This document shows, one piece after another, positions 31,476-32,000 of a stretch of 32,000 nucleotides of DNA. Every line of letters begins with the position of its first letter. Positions within the stretch are counted from its first letter, which is position 1. The notes beneath the pieces were generated by a model. It was not told the DNA's origin. It saw only the letters and a list, made by a program, of their open reading frames with translations, and did not search any database. The position numbers and the translations under genes were made by a program. The DNA comes from Mycolicibacterium smegmatis (lineage in GTDB: Bacteria > Actinomycetota > Actinomycetes > Mycobacteriales > Mycobacteriaceae), in assembly GCF_001457595.1 (NCBI RefSeq), contig NZ_LN831039.1:6000001-6032000 (forward strand), given 5' to 3'.

Positions 31476-32000
31476 ACACGGGTCTGTATCCACGGTCGCC
31501 AGAGAGGTCGCGGCGGCAGCCGCAACTTTCGACGAAGCTTGAGAAACCAGACGCGGTAGTAGACCAGATTGAGAAGATCTGCCCAGAGGATCAAAAGCTC
31601 ACCACGCCAGCGCGACAATCCCGAATCCCGACTCACCACCAAGCGATGTAGCGGATGTTCCTCGGCACCCAGCAGGACCTTGTGGTCGTAATGGCCAGGA
31701 CCGCTCTCGACCGTTCTGATCCCGCCTTCGATGAGAACCCGGAATTTCTCCACCATACTCAACCGGCCCAGGCCCATCGATTCCAGAGCCGGGTCGTCAA
31801 CTCGCGCAGGGAGTCGCGAGTAACATCTATCACCGAGAATGAAACCGTATTCGATCGCCAATACCTGTCCGTCTCCCGTGATCTCGTAGAACCGAGCCCG
31901 TCCCGAGGATGACATCCGTGAGACGAGTTCGCGATTGAACTCCTCGCTGCCCGGCCAGTCACCGAAGTGACCGAGCTTGCCCCGCCGACGCCAGCACGAT
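31472..32000 (-). CDS. GNAT-superfamily CelD/BioF2/FemAB-like acyltransferase, C-terminal part (gene continues beyond the right edge)
   Basis: The reading frame is open from the window edge (…WRRRGKLGHFGDWPGSEEFNRELVSRMSSSGRARFYEITGDGQVLAIEYGFILGDRCYSRL…GIRTVESGPGHYDHKVLLGAEE…) to the stop at 31472. The G.G.Y.HK block matches the family. The ORF-track Met at 31915 is internal. Confidence 0.75.
   Translation of the reverse strand, partial: SCWRRRGKLGHFGDWPGSEEFNRELVSRMSSSGRARFYEITGDGQVLAIEYGFILGDRCYSRLPARVDDPALESMGLGRLSMVEKFRVLIEGGIRTVESGPGHYDHKVLLGAEEHPLHRLVVSRDSGLSRWRGELLILWADLLNLVYYRVWFLKLRRKLRLPPRPLWRPWIQTRV

Noticed and set aside
1-32000. CRISPR arrays, rRNA/tRNA genes, toxin-antitoxin or known phage-defence gene pairs.
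   Set aside because: There are no spaced direct-repeat arrays, no tRNA-like cloverleaf candidates in the short intergenic regions, and no small paired ORFs with RBSs. Essentially all coding capacity is accounted for by the genes listed.

Overview
High-GC actinobacterial chromosome, most likely a Mycolicibacterium (M. smegmatis-like). That call is inferred from gene content and synteny, not from a search. The window splits into two parts.

(1) 1-9.85 kb is core steroid/cholesterol-catabolism neighbourhood. It holds a truncated hypothetical gene divergent from an IclR regulator, and two secreted hemophore-family paralogs (TB8.4/Rv1174c-like and Rv0203-like) flanking the RecQ-like helicase RqlH. 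It also holds the meta-cleavage genes hsaF-hsaG-hsaE, divergent from kstD-hsd4B. Two matches to the KstR operator consensus (TnnAACnnGTTnnA) sit in the two divergent promoter regions.

(2) 9.8 kb to the window end (and beyond) is a roughly 22 kb Wzx/Wzy-type cell-surface glycan locus. It has seven alternating transcription units and many 1-4 nt start/stop overlaps. It sits at the position where M. tuberculosis has PPE63 and then ltp2.
- Assembly genes: one Wzx flippase, two Wzy_C/O-antigen-ligase-family membrane proteins, three short kinase-less Wzz-like co-polymerases and three glycosyltransferases (GT2, GT4, GT2).
- Precursor genes: an AlgD-like GDP-mannose 6-dehydrogenase plus an SDR epimerase.
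- Other: a GMC oxidoreductase and a DUF218/ElyC-like protein.
- Acyl-modification genes are unusually dense: a WcaF-like and a CysE-like hexapeptide acetyltransferase, two CelD/FemAB-like GNATs, a CE4 deacetylase, and two exported SGNH proteins, one of them catalytically degenerate.

The best candidate for something undescribed is an 873-aa fusion of an adenylation domain, a carrier protein and an AT3 membrane acyltransferase. No initiating phosphoglycosyltransferase, BY-kinase, integrase, transposase, tRNA, rRNA or CRISPR array is visible in the window. All homology statements come from reading motifs by eye. No database search was run.
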